Positions 8,635 through 17,559 of a stretch of 64,000 nucleotides of DNA are shown here, one piece after another. The translations under genes were made by a program, and so were the position numbers. This DNA is from Thermoanaerobaculia bacterium (GTDB taxonomy: Bacteria > Acidobacteriota > Thermoanaerobaculia > Multivoradales > UBA5704): positions 2,172 to 66,171 of the forward strand of contig JBIOVX010000013.1 in NCBI GenBank assembly GCA_044868005.1. The letters run 5' to 3'. Under the pieces are notes generated by a model that searched no databases, was not told where the DNA came from, and was given only the letters and a program-made list of their open reading frames with translations. Every line of letters starts with the position of its first letter. Positions within the stretch are counted from its first letter, which is position 1.

Positions 8635-9795
8635 ATGCCCCATGAGTTCCAGCCCGTCCGCCCCGGCGACCTGATCACCGCCCAGGCGTGGAGCGACCTG
8701 CTGCTCAAGATCGAGGAGATCGAGCAGCGCCTCGAAGCGCTCGGGAACGGCGGCGGCGGCACCCACCTCGCCATTACCGGGCGCATCCCCGCCAACGGCC
8801 CCTACCGCATCGGCGACACGATGGGCCTGCTCGGGGGCAACTTCCAATTCTCGCTCGGCGCGGCGCAGGTCTTCCTGAACGCCGTGCGCGCCCTCGACCT
8901 GACCGGCTCTACCGACACCCAGCTCGTCTTCGTCATCCCGCCGGTCCCGGGCGTCGTCGAGCCGGGCACCGAGGTGACCCTGCGCGTCCTCAACCAGACC
9001 GCGGAGGTGACGCAGCAGATCGCGCTGCGGCCGGCGCTGCAGGCGACCGGCGAGGTCGACGTCACCTGGATGAACGTCATCCCGGTCATCTTCGAGGAGG
9101 GGGCCCAGGTGACCTTCGCGTACCGCATCCTCTCGCGGGCCTCGGCGACGGCCGACTTCGCGATCGCCCCGTTCATCAACGTGGCCACCGGCCAGAGCAC
9201 CTGGCAGAGCCGCGTGCAGGTGCTGGACAACAGCCAGAACCCCATCCCGGGCCCGGTGATCCGTCTCGCTCCGCTCTCGCAGCGGCTGTTCAACGTCCGC
9301 ATCACGCAGATCCCCACCGGCACCCTCGGAACGCCCTTCACCTTGACCCTCAACGCCATCGCCGGCGCCATCCACGGCACCGCCGGCGCGCAGCCCTTCA
9401 CGGTCGGCGAGCAGGCCGAGAATCCGGACCTGACGATCGCCCTCAACCCGAGGCACGTCCCGGGCGGCGCCGCGCTCGAGGGCGACACGGTGTTTTTCAG
9501 CCCCCAGGGGGGAGGTGGTCCGCGGTTGCGTTTCGCCGCCGAGTTCGAGGTGGCCGGCATCTACGACCTGACCGTCACGGCGACCGCTGGCTGGACCGTG
9601 GTACGTGCTCCCGCCACGCCCGCCTTCTACGAGATCCTGCCGCAGGACGTCTCGGCCGGGCGGGCGGTGCGCGTCCTGGAGATCGACATCACCCCCGCCG
9701 GCAGTCTTGAAGGGCGCACCACAGTCCGCCTCCAGCGCCGCGGCGCCGCCAACGGCCGATCGTTCACTTTGAATCTCGTCAACGACGTCTCATAG
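8635..9795 (+). CDS. Fibre/receptor-binding-like protein, paralog A (short coiled coil + IPT/TIG-like beta domain)
   Basis: 386 aa. The N-terminus is LITAQAWSDLLLKIEEIEQRLEAL, followed by ITGRIPANGPYRIGDTMGLLGGNFQF...VFVIPPVPGVVEPGTEVTLRVLNQT (IPT-like). It is collinear over its full length with the next ORF. Confidence 0.75.
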   Translation: MPHEFQPVRPGDLITAQAWSDLLLKIEEIEQRLEALGNGGGGTHLAITGRIPANGPYRIGDTMGLLGGNFQFSLGAAQVFLNAVRALDLTGSTDTQLVFVIPPVPGVVEPGTEVTLRVLNQTAEVTQQIALRPALQATGEVDVTWMNVIPVIFEEGAQVTFAYRILSRASATADFAIAPFINVATGQSTWQSRVQVLDNSQNPIPGPVIRLAPLSQRLFNVRITQIPTGTLGTPFTLTLNAIAGAIHGTAGAQPFTVGEQAENPDLTIALNPRHVPGGAALEGDTVFFSPQGGGGPRLRFAAEFEVAGIYDLTVTATAGWTVVRAPATPAFYEILPQDVSAGRAVRVLEIDITPAGSLEGRTTVRLQRRGAANGRSFTLNLVNDVS

Positions 9796-9807
9796 AGGGA
9801 CACCACC

Positions 9808-10974
9808 ATGCCCCACCAACTTCAGCCCGTCCGCCCCGGCGACCTGATCACCGCCCAGACGTGGAACGACCTGCTGCTCAAGATCGAGGAGATCGAGGAG
9901 CGCCTCGACGAGCTCGAGGGGAACAGCGGCGGCACCGGCCTCGCCATCACCGGCCGCATCCCCGCCACCGGCCCCTACCGCATCGCCGACACGCTGGTCC
10001 TGCTCGGGGGCAACTTCCAGTTCTCGCTCGGCGCGACGCAGGTCTTCTTGAATGCCGTGCGTGTCCTCAACCTGACCGGCTCGACCGACACCCGGCTCAC
10101 CTTCGTCATCCCGCCGGTCCCCGGCGTCGTCGAGCCGGGCACCGAGGTGACCCTGCGCGTCCTCAACCAGACCGCGGAGGTGACGCAGCAGATCGTGCTG
10201 CGGCCGGCGCTGCCGGTGGTCTTCGGCGAGGTCGACGTCGTCTGGCTCAGCGCCAACCCGACCACCCCCCAGTCCGGGGACCCGGCGACCTTCGCGTATC
10301 GCATCACCTCGCGGGCCTCGGCGGCGGCGGACTTCGTGATCGCCCCGCTCGTCGGCGTGGCCGTCGGCCAGCCCCTCTGGCAGAGCCGCCTGCAGGTGCT
10401 GGACAGCAACCTGAGCCCCATTCCGGGTAACGCCATCCGTCTCAATCCGCTCGAGCAGCGGCAGTTCAACGTCCGCATCGCGCCGATCCCGGGCGACACC
10501 CAGGGAGTGGCCTTCACCTTGACCGTCAACGCCACCGCCGGCGCCGTGCACGGTACCTCCGGCGCGCAGCCCTTCACGGTCGGCCAGCCGGCCGAGACGC
10601 CGGACACGACGATCACCCTCAACCCGACGCAGTCGTTCCCGCAGGGCACCGAGCTCTCGGGCGACACGGTGTTCGTCTTCGTCGGGACGCAGGTGCGGGT
10701 ACGTTTCACCGCCGAGTTCGAGGTGTCCGGCATCTACGACTTGACCGTTACCACCCCACCCGAGGACGGCTGGGACGTAACGCGCTTCGCCCTGACCACG
10801 CCCGCGTTCTATGAACTCCCGGTCTCGCCCGGCCAGCCGGCGGTGCGCTTTCCCGAGATCAACATCGGCACCGGCGGCGGCAGCATGCAAAGCACCGCCA
10901 CGGTCCGCCTCCAACGCCGCGGTGCCGCCAACAGCCGGGCGTTCACCTTGAATCTCTTCAAAGACAATGGTTAA
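9808..10974 (+). CDS. Fibre/receptor-binding-like protein, paralog B
   Basis: 388 aa, starting 12 nt after paralog A. It has the same architecture and is offset by exactly 1173 nt from paralog A through the first ~135 codons. Confidence 0.75.
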   Translation: MPHQLQPVRPGDLITAQTWNDLLLKIEEIEERLDELEGNSGGTGLAITGRIPATGPYRIADTLVLLGGNFQFSLGATQVFLNAVRVLNLTGSTDTRLTFVIPPVPGVVEPGTEVTLRVLNQTAEVTQQIVLRPALPVVFGEVDVVWLSANPTTPQSGDPATFAYRITSRASAAADFVIAPLVGVAVGQPLWQSRLQVLDSNLSPIPGNAIRLNPLEQRQFNVRIAPIPGDTQGVAFTLTVNATAGAVHGTSGAQPFTVGQPAETPDTTITLNPTQSFPQGTELSGDTVFVFVGTQVRVRFTAEFEVSGIYDLTVTTPPEDGWDVTRFALTTPAFYELPVSPGQPAVRFPEINIGTGGGSMQSTATVRLQRRGAANSRAFTLNLFKDNG

Positions 10975-10989
10975 CCGAGGAGGGATGTC

Positions 10990-13275
10990 ATGAGAAACCT
11001 CCGGACCACGATCTTGCTGCTGGCGCTCGCCGCCGCGGCGCCAGCCCTGGCGCAGACCGACGTCTGCATCCCCGAGGCCTTCGGCGTGCCGGCGCTGTCC
11101 GGGCCGCCGAACTGGTGGGACTCAGGGCTTCCCGCGCCGCAGCACTGGCCCCGCCCCGACGACCCGCGCTGGCGCGGCGCCTTCGTCCACCTGCCGATGC
11201 CGGGCGCCGCCGCCACCGAGCACGTCACCTTCCGCGCCCTGCGCACCGCGACCGACCTCTACCTGCTCTGGCACGTCACCGTCGACCCGGTGCTCGACAG
11301 CAACGACCAGCTCTGGGTGGCCTTCAGCCCCAACACGCCCGGCGAGGAAGACATCCTGATCAACGTCGTGCCGTTCAACGCCGCGAACACCAACGTGCCG
11401 GCGGTCGCCGGCGATCCGCTGCCGCCGCCCTTCGGGGTCTCGGTGGCGACACGCATCCAGCCGGCCGCCTTCGCGGCGCCCCCGAGCCTGCCGCACTGGA
11501 TCGACCCCGGCAACGCGGCCAACCACACGCGGGTCTTCCGCAGCACCGCCAACAACAGTTGGGCGATCCTGATGGAGGTGCCCATCGACCCCGACTTCGA
11601 CGACGGCATCGGCCTGGCGAACGACTTCTCGATGTGGTTCGAGGTCCAGGTCAGTCACACCGTGCCGAACATGGTCCCGTACGCCTTCCCGGCCGCCCTC
11701 AGCTTCGACGAAGTGGCGGTATCGACCGACGACACCGGTTTTCAGGTCACCCGCCGCAACGTGGTGCCGCCGAACCCGGCGTGCCTCCTGGGCGTCTCGC
11801 TGGCCGTCGCCGACGTCGGCACGGTCGCGCCCGCCGCCGTCCCCTGCGATCCCACGGACACACTCTCGAGCAACATCGAGCTCAAGAACGCGGCCGGAAC
11901 GGCCCCGGGCAGCAACGTCCTCTGCGCCCGGCCGCTCAACCAGACCGGCGGCACCATCGGCAACGGCACCCTCGACGCCACCTTCCGCACCGCCAACTGG
12001 GGGACGCAGCCGGACTGGAACTCGGTCCCGGACCCGCTCAACACGCTCTGGAAGACGGTCAACACGACGGCGGTGACGGGAGCGCAGATCACCAACGGCA
12101 ACAAGGGCGCCTTGAGCTTCACCTGGAACCTGGTCGCCAACGGCAACGTCAACGACGTGAACAACGTCTGCACCTTCGATCCCCAGCCGACCGGCCTGGG
12201 TTGTGGGGCGGTACCGGCCGCCAATCGCCGCATGCGCCACCAGTGCATGCTCGTCGAGCTGAGCGGGGTGCCGGGGCTGAGCTTCTCGACCAGCAGCGTC
12301 TACCGCAACATGGACTTCGTCGGCGCCTCGACTTTCAAGCGCGAGGCCGAGGTGAGCGTCGTCGGCCTGGCGCCGCCGCCGACTCCCGAGCCCCAGCGCG
12401 AGGTCTTCCTCTACGTCCAGACCCACAACATGCCCGCGCGGGTGGCGGGCGGCGGGCAGGGTGACGAGCCGGGGCAGGAGCCGCCGCCACCACCGCCTCC
12501 TCCTCCGGATGACGCTCCCGGCGTCGCAGGCGCCGCCCGGCCGCCGCTGGGGGAGATCCCGCCGCTCGAGCAGAGCGAGTACGGGGCGCTGCGGGACGCC
12601 AATCCGACCTACGAGGTCCATGCCTTCCACGACACCGGACGCACGACCACGGTCCGCGGCACCACCTACCGCATCCTCGAGCCGCAGACCTCGTTCGGCT
12701 ACTTCGTCGAGCACCATGGAGAGCTGGAGGGCTGGCGGCACGAGCTGATCGGCGCGCAGCAGATCGCCCCCGACTACTACCGCATCCCGGTCCCCGAGCA
12801 GGGCACAGCGAGGGTCACCACAGTCATCGAGGCCATCGAGCCGCGCCGCTGGTCGCTCAGCCTCCACGCCGGCCGCAACGACCCACGGGGCGACATCGGC
12901 AAGGTCTGCAGCGGCGACCTCTCCTGGGGCGTGGACCTCGAGTACCGCTTCAACTCCACCTGGGCCGCCGAGCTGTTCTACGGCCACGAGGACTTCGACT
13001 GCGGTGGCTCCGACGACGAGGTCGAGCACCTCTCTCTCAACGGCAAGGCCTACTTCCTGTCAGGACCCTGGCGGCCCTTCGCCGGTGCCGGAGTAGGGAA
13101 TTACGACTTCTCTCCCGGCCCGAGCGAAACCGGCTTCAATCTGTTCGCCGGCTTGCAGGCCAACCCGCTGCCGCGGTTGGGGCTGGAGGCCACCGCCCGC
13201 TATCACTTCGTCGACGCGAGCGGTGTCGACGCCGACTTCCTCACCTATCACCTCGGTCTGCGGATCCGCTTCTGA
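10990..13275 (+). CDS. Secreted protein with C-terminal outer-membrane beta-barrel domain
   Basis: It has a Sec signal (MRNLRTTILLLALAAAAPALAQ) and 9 consecutive Pro codons (12481-12507). The last ~130 aa alternate hydrophobic and polar residues and end ...YHLGLRIRF, the terminal Phe typical of OM barrels. Confidence 0.75.
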   Translation: MRNLRTTILLLALAAAAPALAQTDVCIPEAFGVPALSGPPNWWDSGLPAPQHWPRPDDPRWRGAFVHLPMPGAAATEHVTFRALRTATDLYLLWHVTVDPVLDSNDQLWVAFSPNTPGEEDILINVVPFNAANTNVPAVAGDPLPPPFGVSVATRIQPAAFAAPPSLPHWIDPGNAANHTRVFRSTANNSWAILMEVPIDPDFDDGIGLANDFSMWFEVQVSHTVPNMVPYAFPAALSFDEVAVSTDDTGFQVTRRNVVPPNPACLLGVSLAVADVGTVAPAAVPCDPTDTLSSNIELKNAAGTAPGSNVLCARPLNQTGGTIGNGTLDATFRTANWGTQPDWNSVPDPLNTLWKTVNTTAVTGAQITNGNKGALSFTWNLVANGNVNDVNNVCTFDPQPTGLGCGAVPAANRRMRHQCMLVELSGVPGLSFSTSSVYRNMDFVGASTFKREAEVSVVGLAPPPTPEPQREVFLYVQTHNMPARVAGGGQGDEPGQEPPPPPPPPPDDAPGVAGAARPPLGEIPPLEQSEYGALRDANPTYEVHAFHDTGRTTTVRGTTYRILEPQTSFGYFVEHHGELEGWRHELIGAQQIAPDYYRIPVPEQGTARVTTVIEAIEPRRWSLSLHAGRNDPRGDIGKVCSGDLSWGVDLEYRFNSTWAAELFYGHEDFDCGGSDDEVEHLSLNGKAYFLSGPWRPFAGAGVGNYDFSPGPSETGFNLFAGLQANPLPRLGLEATARYHFVDASGVDADFLTYHLGLRIRF

Positions 13276-13299
13276 AGAGGGGAGGAGGAGAGGAGCGCC

Positions 13300-15366
13300 A
13301 TGCCAGCAACCGCCGCCATCGGCACCCTGCGCCTGACCGGCGCCGCCGCCGACACCCCGGCATTGCGGCTGCGGGCGGCGCGGGAGCTGGCCGGCGCGGA
13401 CCTCAGCCCGCCCGGTCTGCCGCCCGCCGCGGTGCTGGTGGTGCGGCGGCTGGCCGATCCGCTGCCGCGGCGACTGGCCGGGCGCGAGCCGCGGCTGCGG
13501 CCGGACGCGGCATGGGAACGGGCGGTGCGCGAGCGCCTCGCCGCCGCCCTCCGCTCCGCGGCCCGTCCCGACCCGCATGGCGTGGTGCCGGCGGAGGCTC
13601 CGGCGCTGGTCTTCGCCGACGAGGCGGAGCTCCTCGCCTGTGTGGTGCGGCAGCGGGTGCGCGGCGAGCTGGCGGCGCTCTGGTGGTGGCGCGCCGTGCG
13701 CAGGCGGCTGCCGCCGGCGGCGACGGCCGGCCTGGAGAATGGCCGCGACCCGTCGCCGTTCCTCGCCGCCTGTCCCCGCGAGGCGCCGGCGGCGCTCGCA
13801 TGGCTCGCTCGCTGGGGCGAGGCGGCGGCGGTGGCCGCGGCGTTCACACCCGCGTCCGCGAAGCGCGTTCTCGCCGCTCTCGCGGCGGAGCACGGGCTGC
13901 CGCCGGATCTCGTGGCGGCTTCCGGCGAGAAGGAGTCCGAGATGTCGGACCCTGGCGATCCGGACGTAGGGTCTGCTGCGCCCACCTCTACCGTTCCGCC
14001 CGAGCCGTGGCGCGATTGGCTGCCGTCCGAGTTTCTGGCCGTACCGCTCGCGCCGGAGGTCCGCTATCTCTTCGGCGTCGCCCTCGGGCTTGCGGCGGCA
14101 CCTCATCGGCTGCGTTCCGCCGACGTCATCGAGAAGGCGCGCCGTTCCTGGCTGCCGCTTTCGCCGTTTACCAGGCCGCCGTCCACCGGCAGCGGTGAGC
14201 CAGCTAACGGCTCCGGCGCGCCATCCACCGCCGGCGGTGGAACGTCTACCGCCGGGGGTGAAGCGTCTGCCGCCGGCGGCGAAACGTCTACCGCCGGCGG
14301 TGAAGCGTCTACCGCCGGCGGTGAAGCGTCTACCGCCGGGGGTGAAGCGTCTACCGCCGGCGGTGGAACGTCTACCGGAGGCGGTGAAACGTCTGCCGCC
14401 GGCGGTGGAACGCCCGCCGGGAGCGGTGGGCGGCGCGCCGGCAGCGGTGGACCAACGGCGGAGCGGGAGCGCCTGGCCCCCCGGCTTTGCGCAGGCGCGA
14501 CCGCCACGCTGGAGCCGCGCCCCGCGCCGGCAGTTTCCTCCGAAGTCACCCAGCGGAAGACGCCGGCATGGGGTGAGGAGGGCATCGCCACCCGAATCGG
14601 CGGCGTCCTCTACCTGATCCATGCCCTGCTCGACCTCGGGCTGCCGGAGGCCTTCGAGCCCGGCTGGCGGCTGGCGAGCGCCGCAGGGCCGTGGGGAACG
14701 CTCGACCTCCTCGGCCGCGGGCTCCTGGGGGCACGCTTCGCCGAGGTTGCCGGAGACCCGCTGTGGGTGGCGCTGGCCGAGCTGGCCGGCTGGCTGTCCG
14801 TCGATCGGAAAGGATCGCTCCGCACCGCCTACCGTGTTCCCGCCGACTGGCCGAAAAAGCTCGCGGATCCGTGCTACGGCTTCGCCTGGTCGGCGGCCGG
14901 GGGGCGGCTGCGCGTCTGGTCGGCGGCCGGCTACCTGATCGCCGACGTGCGCCGCGGGCCGGACAAGCCCTCGCGCCAGGCGCGGCGGGAGCTGGCGCGG
15001 CTTGCCGGCGTTCCAGACGATGCCCGCCTCATCCGCCGCCAGGCCGCCGCGGCGCCGCTCGTCCGCCTGCTGCCGCCGCTGCCGCCCGGCTGCCCGCCGC
15101 ACCTCGGACGCTGGCTCGCGGCGGCGCTGCCGGCCGTGCGGCGCCGGCTCCTCCTCGCCCTCGCCGGCCGCCGTGCGGCGCCGGGGCGGCGGGACCCGGT
15201 GGCGCGGGCGCTCGCCGTGCGCGGACGCCTCTACCTCACCTCGAGCCACGTCGACCTCGTGCTCCCCCTCGCCGCCGCCGAGCTCGCCGCGCGCCGCGCC
15301 GGCCTCGACCGCGATCCAGGGTGGCTGCCGGCCTTCGGCCGGGTCGTCTCGTTCCATTTCGCATAA
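13300..15366 (+). CDS. Hypothetical protein in the Afp14 (tape-measure) position, with internal GGEASTA heptad repeats
   Basis: 688-aa ORF immediately upstream of the AAA+ ATPase. The function is assigned by position only. It contains a 21-bp in-frame tandem array. Confidence 0.65.
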   Translation: MPATAAIGTLRLTGAAADTPALRLRAARELAGADLSPPGLPPAAVLVVRRLADPLPRRLAGREPRLRPDAAWERAVRERLAAALRSAARPDPHGVVPAEAPALVFADEAELLACVVRQRVRGELAALWWWRAVRRRLPPAATAGLENGRDPSPFLAACPREAPAALAWLARWGEAAAVAAAFTPASAKRVLAALAAEHGLPPDLVAASGEKESEMSDPGDPDVGSAAPTSTVPPEPWRDWLPSEFLAVPLAPEVRYLFGVALGLAAAPHRLRSADVIEKARRSWLPLSPFTRPPSTGSGEPANGSGAPSTAGGGTSTAGGEASAAGGETSTAGGEASTAGGEASTAGGEASTAGGGTSTGGGETSAAGGGTPAGSGGRRAGSGGPTAERERLAPRLCAGATATLEPRPAPAVSSEVTQRKTPAWGEEGIATRIGGVLYLIHALLDLGLPEAFEPGWRLASAAGPWGTLDLLGRGLLGARFAEVAGDPLWVALAELAGWLSVDRKGSLRTAYRVPADWPKKLADPCYGFAWSAAGGRLRVWSAAGYLIADVRRGPDKPSRQARRELARLAGVPDDARLIRRQAAAAPLVRLLPPLPPGCPPHLGRWLAAALPAVRRRLLLALAGRRAAPGRRDPVARALAVRGRLYLTSSHVDLVLPLAAAELAARRAGLDRDPGWLPAFGRVVSFHFA
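14233..14421 (+). repeat. 21-bp in-frame tandem repeat, about 9 units (GG[E/G][A/T]S[T/A]A)
   Basis: Units are ggcggtggaacgtctaccgcc (14233), gggggtgaagcgtctgccgcc (14254) and ggcggcgaaacgtctaccgcc (14275). Three near-identical ggcggtgaagcgtctaccgcc units follow at 14296, 14317 and 14338, then degenerate units run to 14421. Confidence 0.9.
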
Positions 15367-15391
15367 GGAGCGCACGTCGCGGAGCCCCGCC

Positions 15392-17554
15392 ATGAGCCAA
15401 CCCCTCGCCGCCGAACCCGAGCACGACACCTTCGCCGGAGTGCCGCCCACCGCCGGCGGTCATTTCGTGCTCTGTCTCTATGCCGCCATCTTCCGCCTCC
15501 TCCACCACGCGAAGCGCTTGAGCGAGGCGGACGGCACCACGCTGGAGGCCCTCTTCGAGCGCTACCCGTTCCTCGGCGAGTACTTCACCGAGGTGCGCGC
15601 CCATCTGCCCGAGGACCTCACCTGGAGCGAAGCCGCGGCCTGGTGGCGCGAGGAGCTGGCTGCCTGGGAGGCGGAGTGCGGCGAGCGCCTGCCGCTCGCC
15701 GATCTCGCGGCGCAGCCGGGAGTGGGAGAGGCGGGGCGGCTGGCCTTCATGATCGCCGGCCTCGTCGAGGAGGACTCGCGCTTCGGCACTCTCTTCGCCG
15801 AGCTGCAGGAGCCGCTGGCGCATCGCCGGCCGACGCTCGAGCTGGTCGGGCAGATGGCCGCCGGCGAGCCGGGGCAGAACGACTCCTGGGCGATCTGCCG
15901 GCCGCTCGTCGAGGCCGGCTTTCTCGCCGTCGCCGATCGCGAGGCGCCGCGCGCCGAATGGGTGCTCAAGGTGCCGCCGCTGCTCTGGGACGCCGCCCGC
16001 GGCGGCGCGGCTGGGAGCGCGCTCGTCCAATCCGGCCGGCCGGCGCCCTGGTGCCGCCTGACGCCGCCCGAGCAGCTCCCCGAGATCGCCCACCTGATGC
16101 AGCCGCCGGAGCTGCTGGCGCGCCTCGGCCGCCTGCCACAGCTCCTCGGCACCGGCCGCACGCGTACCCTGGTGCTGCGCGCCGCGCCGGGAGCCGAGCC
16201 GGAGGAGGTGTGCGGCGCGGTGGCGCGCGCCCTCGGCCGCGGCGCGGTCCTGGTGGACGGCGCCGCCTTTGCCGACGAGGGGCCGGCGCGCCTGCTCGCG
16301 CCGCTCGCCACCCTCACCCGCTCGCTGCCGGTCCTGAGCTACGACCTCGGACCCGGCGAGACGGCCGAGCCGCCGCCCCTCCCCGGCTACGCCGGACCGC
16401 TGGCGATCATCCTCGGTCTGGAGGGCGGCCTCGGCAGCCGCGCCGCGGAGAGCGCGGTCACCCTCGTCCTGCCGCAGCCGCGCGCCGAGCTGCGCGAGCG
16501 CTCCTGGCGGCTCGCCCTCGGCAGCCGTCCGGCCGAGGACCTGCCGGCGATCGCCGAGCGCTTCCAGCTCGCCGGCGGCTTCATCCGCCGGGCGGCGGAG
16601 ATCGCCGCCGCCCATGCCGCCCTCGACGGCCGCGAGGCGGTGGCCCTGCCCGACGTCCAGGAGGCGGCGCGCGCGCTCAACCGCCAGCTTCTCGACACCC
16701 TCGCCGACCGTCTGGAAGCCGCCGGCGAGTGGAGCGACCTGGTGTGCGGCGAATCGACACACGCCAAGCTCGCGGAGCTGGAGAGCCGCTGCCGTCACCG
16801 CGAGCGTCTCCTCGACCACGTCGGCCGCGGTTTCCGCGCCAGCGGCAACCGCGGCGTGCGCGCTCTGTTCACCGGCACGAGCGGCACGGGAAAAACCCTC
16901 GCCGCGCGCATCCTCGCCGCCGAGCTCGGCCTCGACGTCTACCGGGTCGACCTCGCGGCGGTCATCAACAAGTACATCGGCGAAACCGAGAAGAACCTCC
17001 ACCGCGTGCTGTCGCGCGCCGAAGCGCTCGACGTCGTGCTGCTGCTCGACGAAGGGGACGCCCTGCTCGGCAACCGCACCGAGGTGCGCTCGGCCAACGA
17101 CCGTTACGCCAACCTCGAGACCAACTACCTCCTGCAGCGCCTGGAGACCTATCAGGGGATCGTGGTGGTGACGACCAACCTGGGCGAGAACGTCGATGCC
17201 GCCTTCCAGCGCCGCATGGACGTGGTCGTGCCCTTCTTCCCGCCGCAGGCCGAGGAGCGCTGGCGCATCCTCGACCTCCACCTGCCGGCGGATCACGAGG
17301 TCTCGCTGGCGTCCCTCGAGCGGCTGGCGGTGGCCTGCGCCCTGACCGGCGGCCAGCTCAGGAACGCCGCCCTCCACGCCACCCTCCTGGCGCTGGAGGA
17401 GGGTGGCGGGCCGGTGGCCTCCGCTCACCTCGAGAACGCGGTGCGTAGCGAGTACCGCAAGACCGGCGCCGCCTACCCGCTCAGCGAAGGCCGGCGGCCG
17501 GCGCACGGCGGGGTCGAGGCCTTCATCGCCGCCCTCGGAGGGAGCGCGGGGTAA
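15392..17554 (+). CDS. eCIS-type AAA+ ATPase (Afp15-like)
   Basis: Start chosen at ATG 15392 (MSQPLAAEPEHD), 25 nt after the previous stop; the listed ORF start at 15002 overlaps the upstream gene. Walker A is GTSGTGKTL and Walker B is VVLLLDEGDAL. NKYIGETEKNL and VVVTTNLGENVDAAFQRRMD are typical of the single-AAA eCIS ATPases. Confidence 0.85.
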   Translation: MSQPLAAEPEHDTFAGVPPTAGGHFVLCLYAAIFRLLHHAKRLSEADGTTLEALFERYPFLGEYFTEVRAHLPEDLTWSEAAAWWREELAAWEAECGERLPLADLAAQPGVGEAGRLAFMIAGLVEEDSRFGTLFAELQEPLAHRRPTLELVGQMAAGEPGQNDSWAICRPLVEAGFLAVADREAPRAEWVLKVPPLLWDAARGGAAGSALVQSGRPAPWCRLTPPEQLPEIAHLMQPPELLARLGRLPQLLGTGRTRTLVLRAAPGAEPEEVCGAVARALGRGAVLVDGAAFADEGPARLLAPLATLTRSLPVLSYDLGPGETAEPPPLPGYAGPLAIILGLEGGLGSRAAESAVTLVLPQPRAELRERSWRLALGSRPAEDLPAIAERFQLAGGFIRRAAEIAAAHAALDGREAVALPDVQEAARALNRQLLDTLADRLEAAGEWSDLVCGESTHAKLAELESRCRHRERLLDHVGRGFRASGNRGVRALFTGTSGTGKTLAARILAAELGLDVYRVDLAAVINKYIGETEKNLHRVLSRAEALDVVLLLDEGDALLGNRTEVRSANDRYANLETNYLLQRLETYQGIVVVTTNLGENVDAAFQRRMDVVVPFFPPQAEERWRILDLHLPADHEVSLASLERLAVACALTGGQLRNAALHATLLALEEGGGPVASAHLENAVRSEYRKTGAAYPLSEGRRPAHGGVEAFIAALGGSAG

Positions 17555-17559
17555 GCCCC

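Noticed and set aside
14233-14421. Possible CRISPR array (regular short repeats), also considered for 17746..17931
   Set aside because: The units are head-to-tail with no spacers, have periods of 21 and 57 nt, and are in frame within long ORFs. There are no cas genes.
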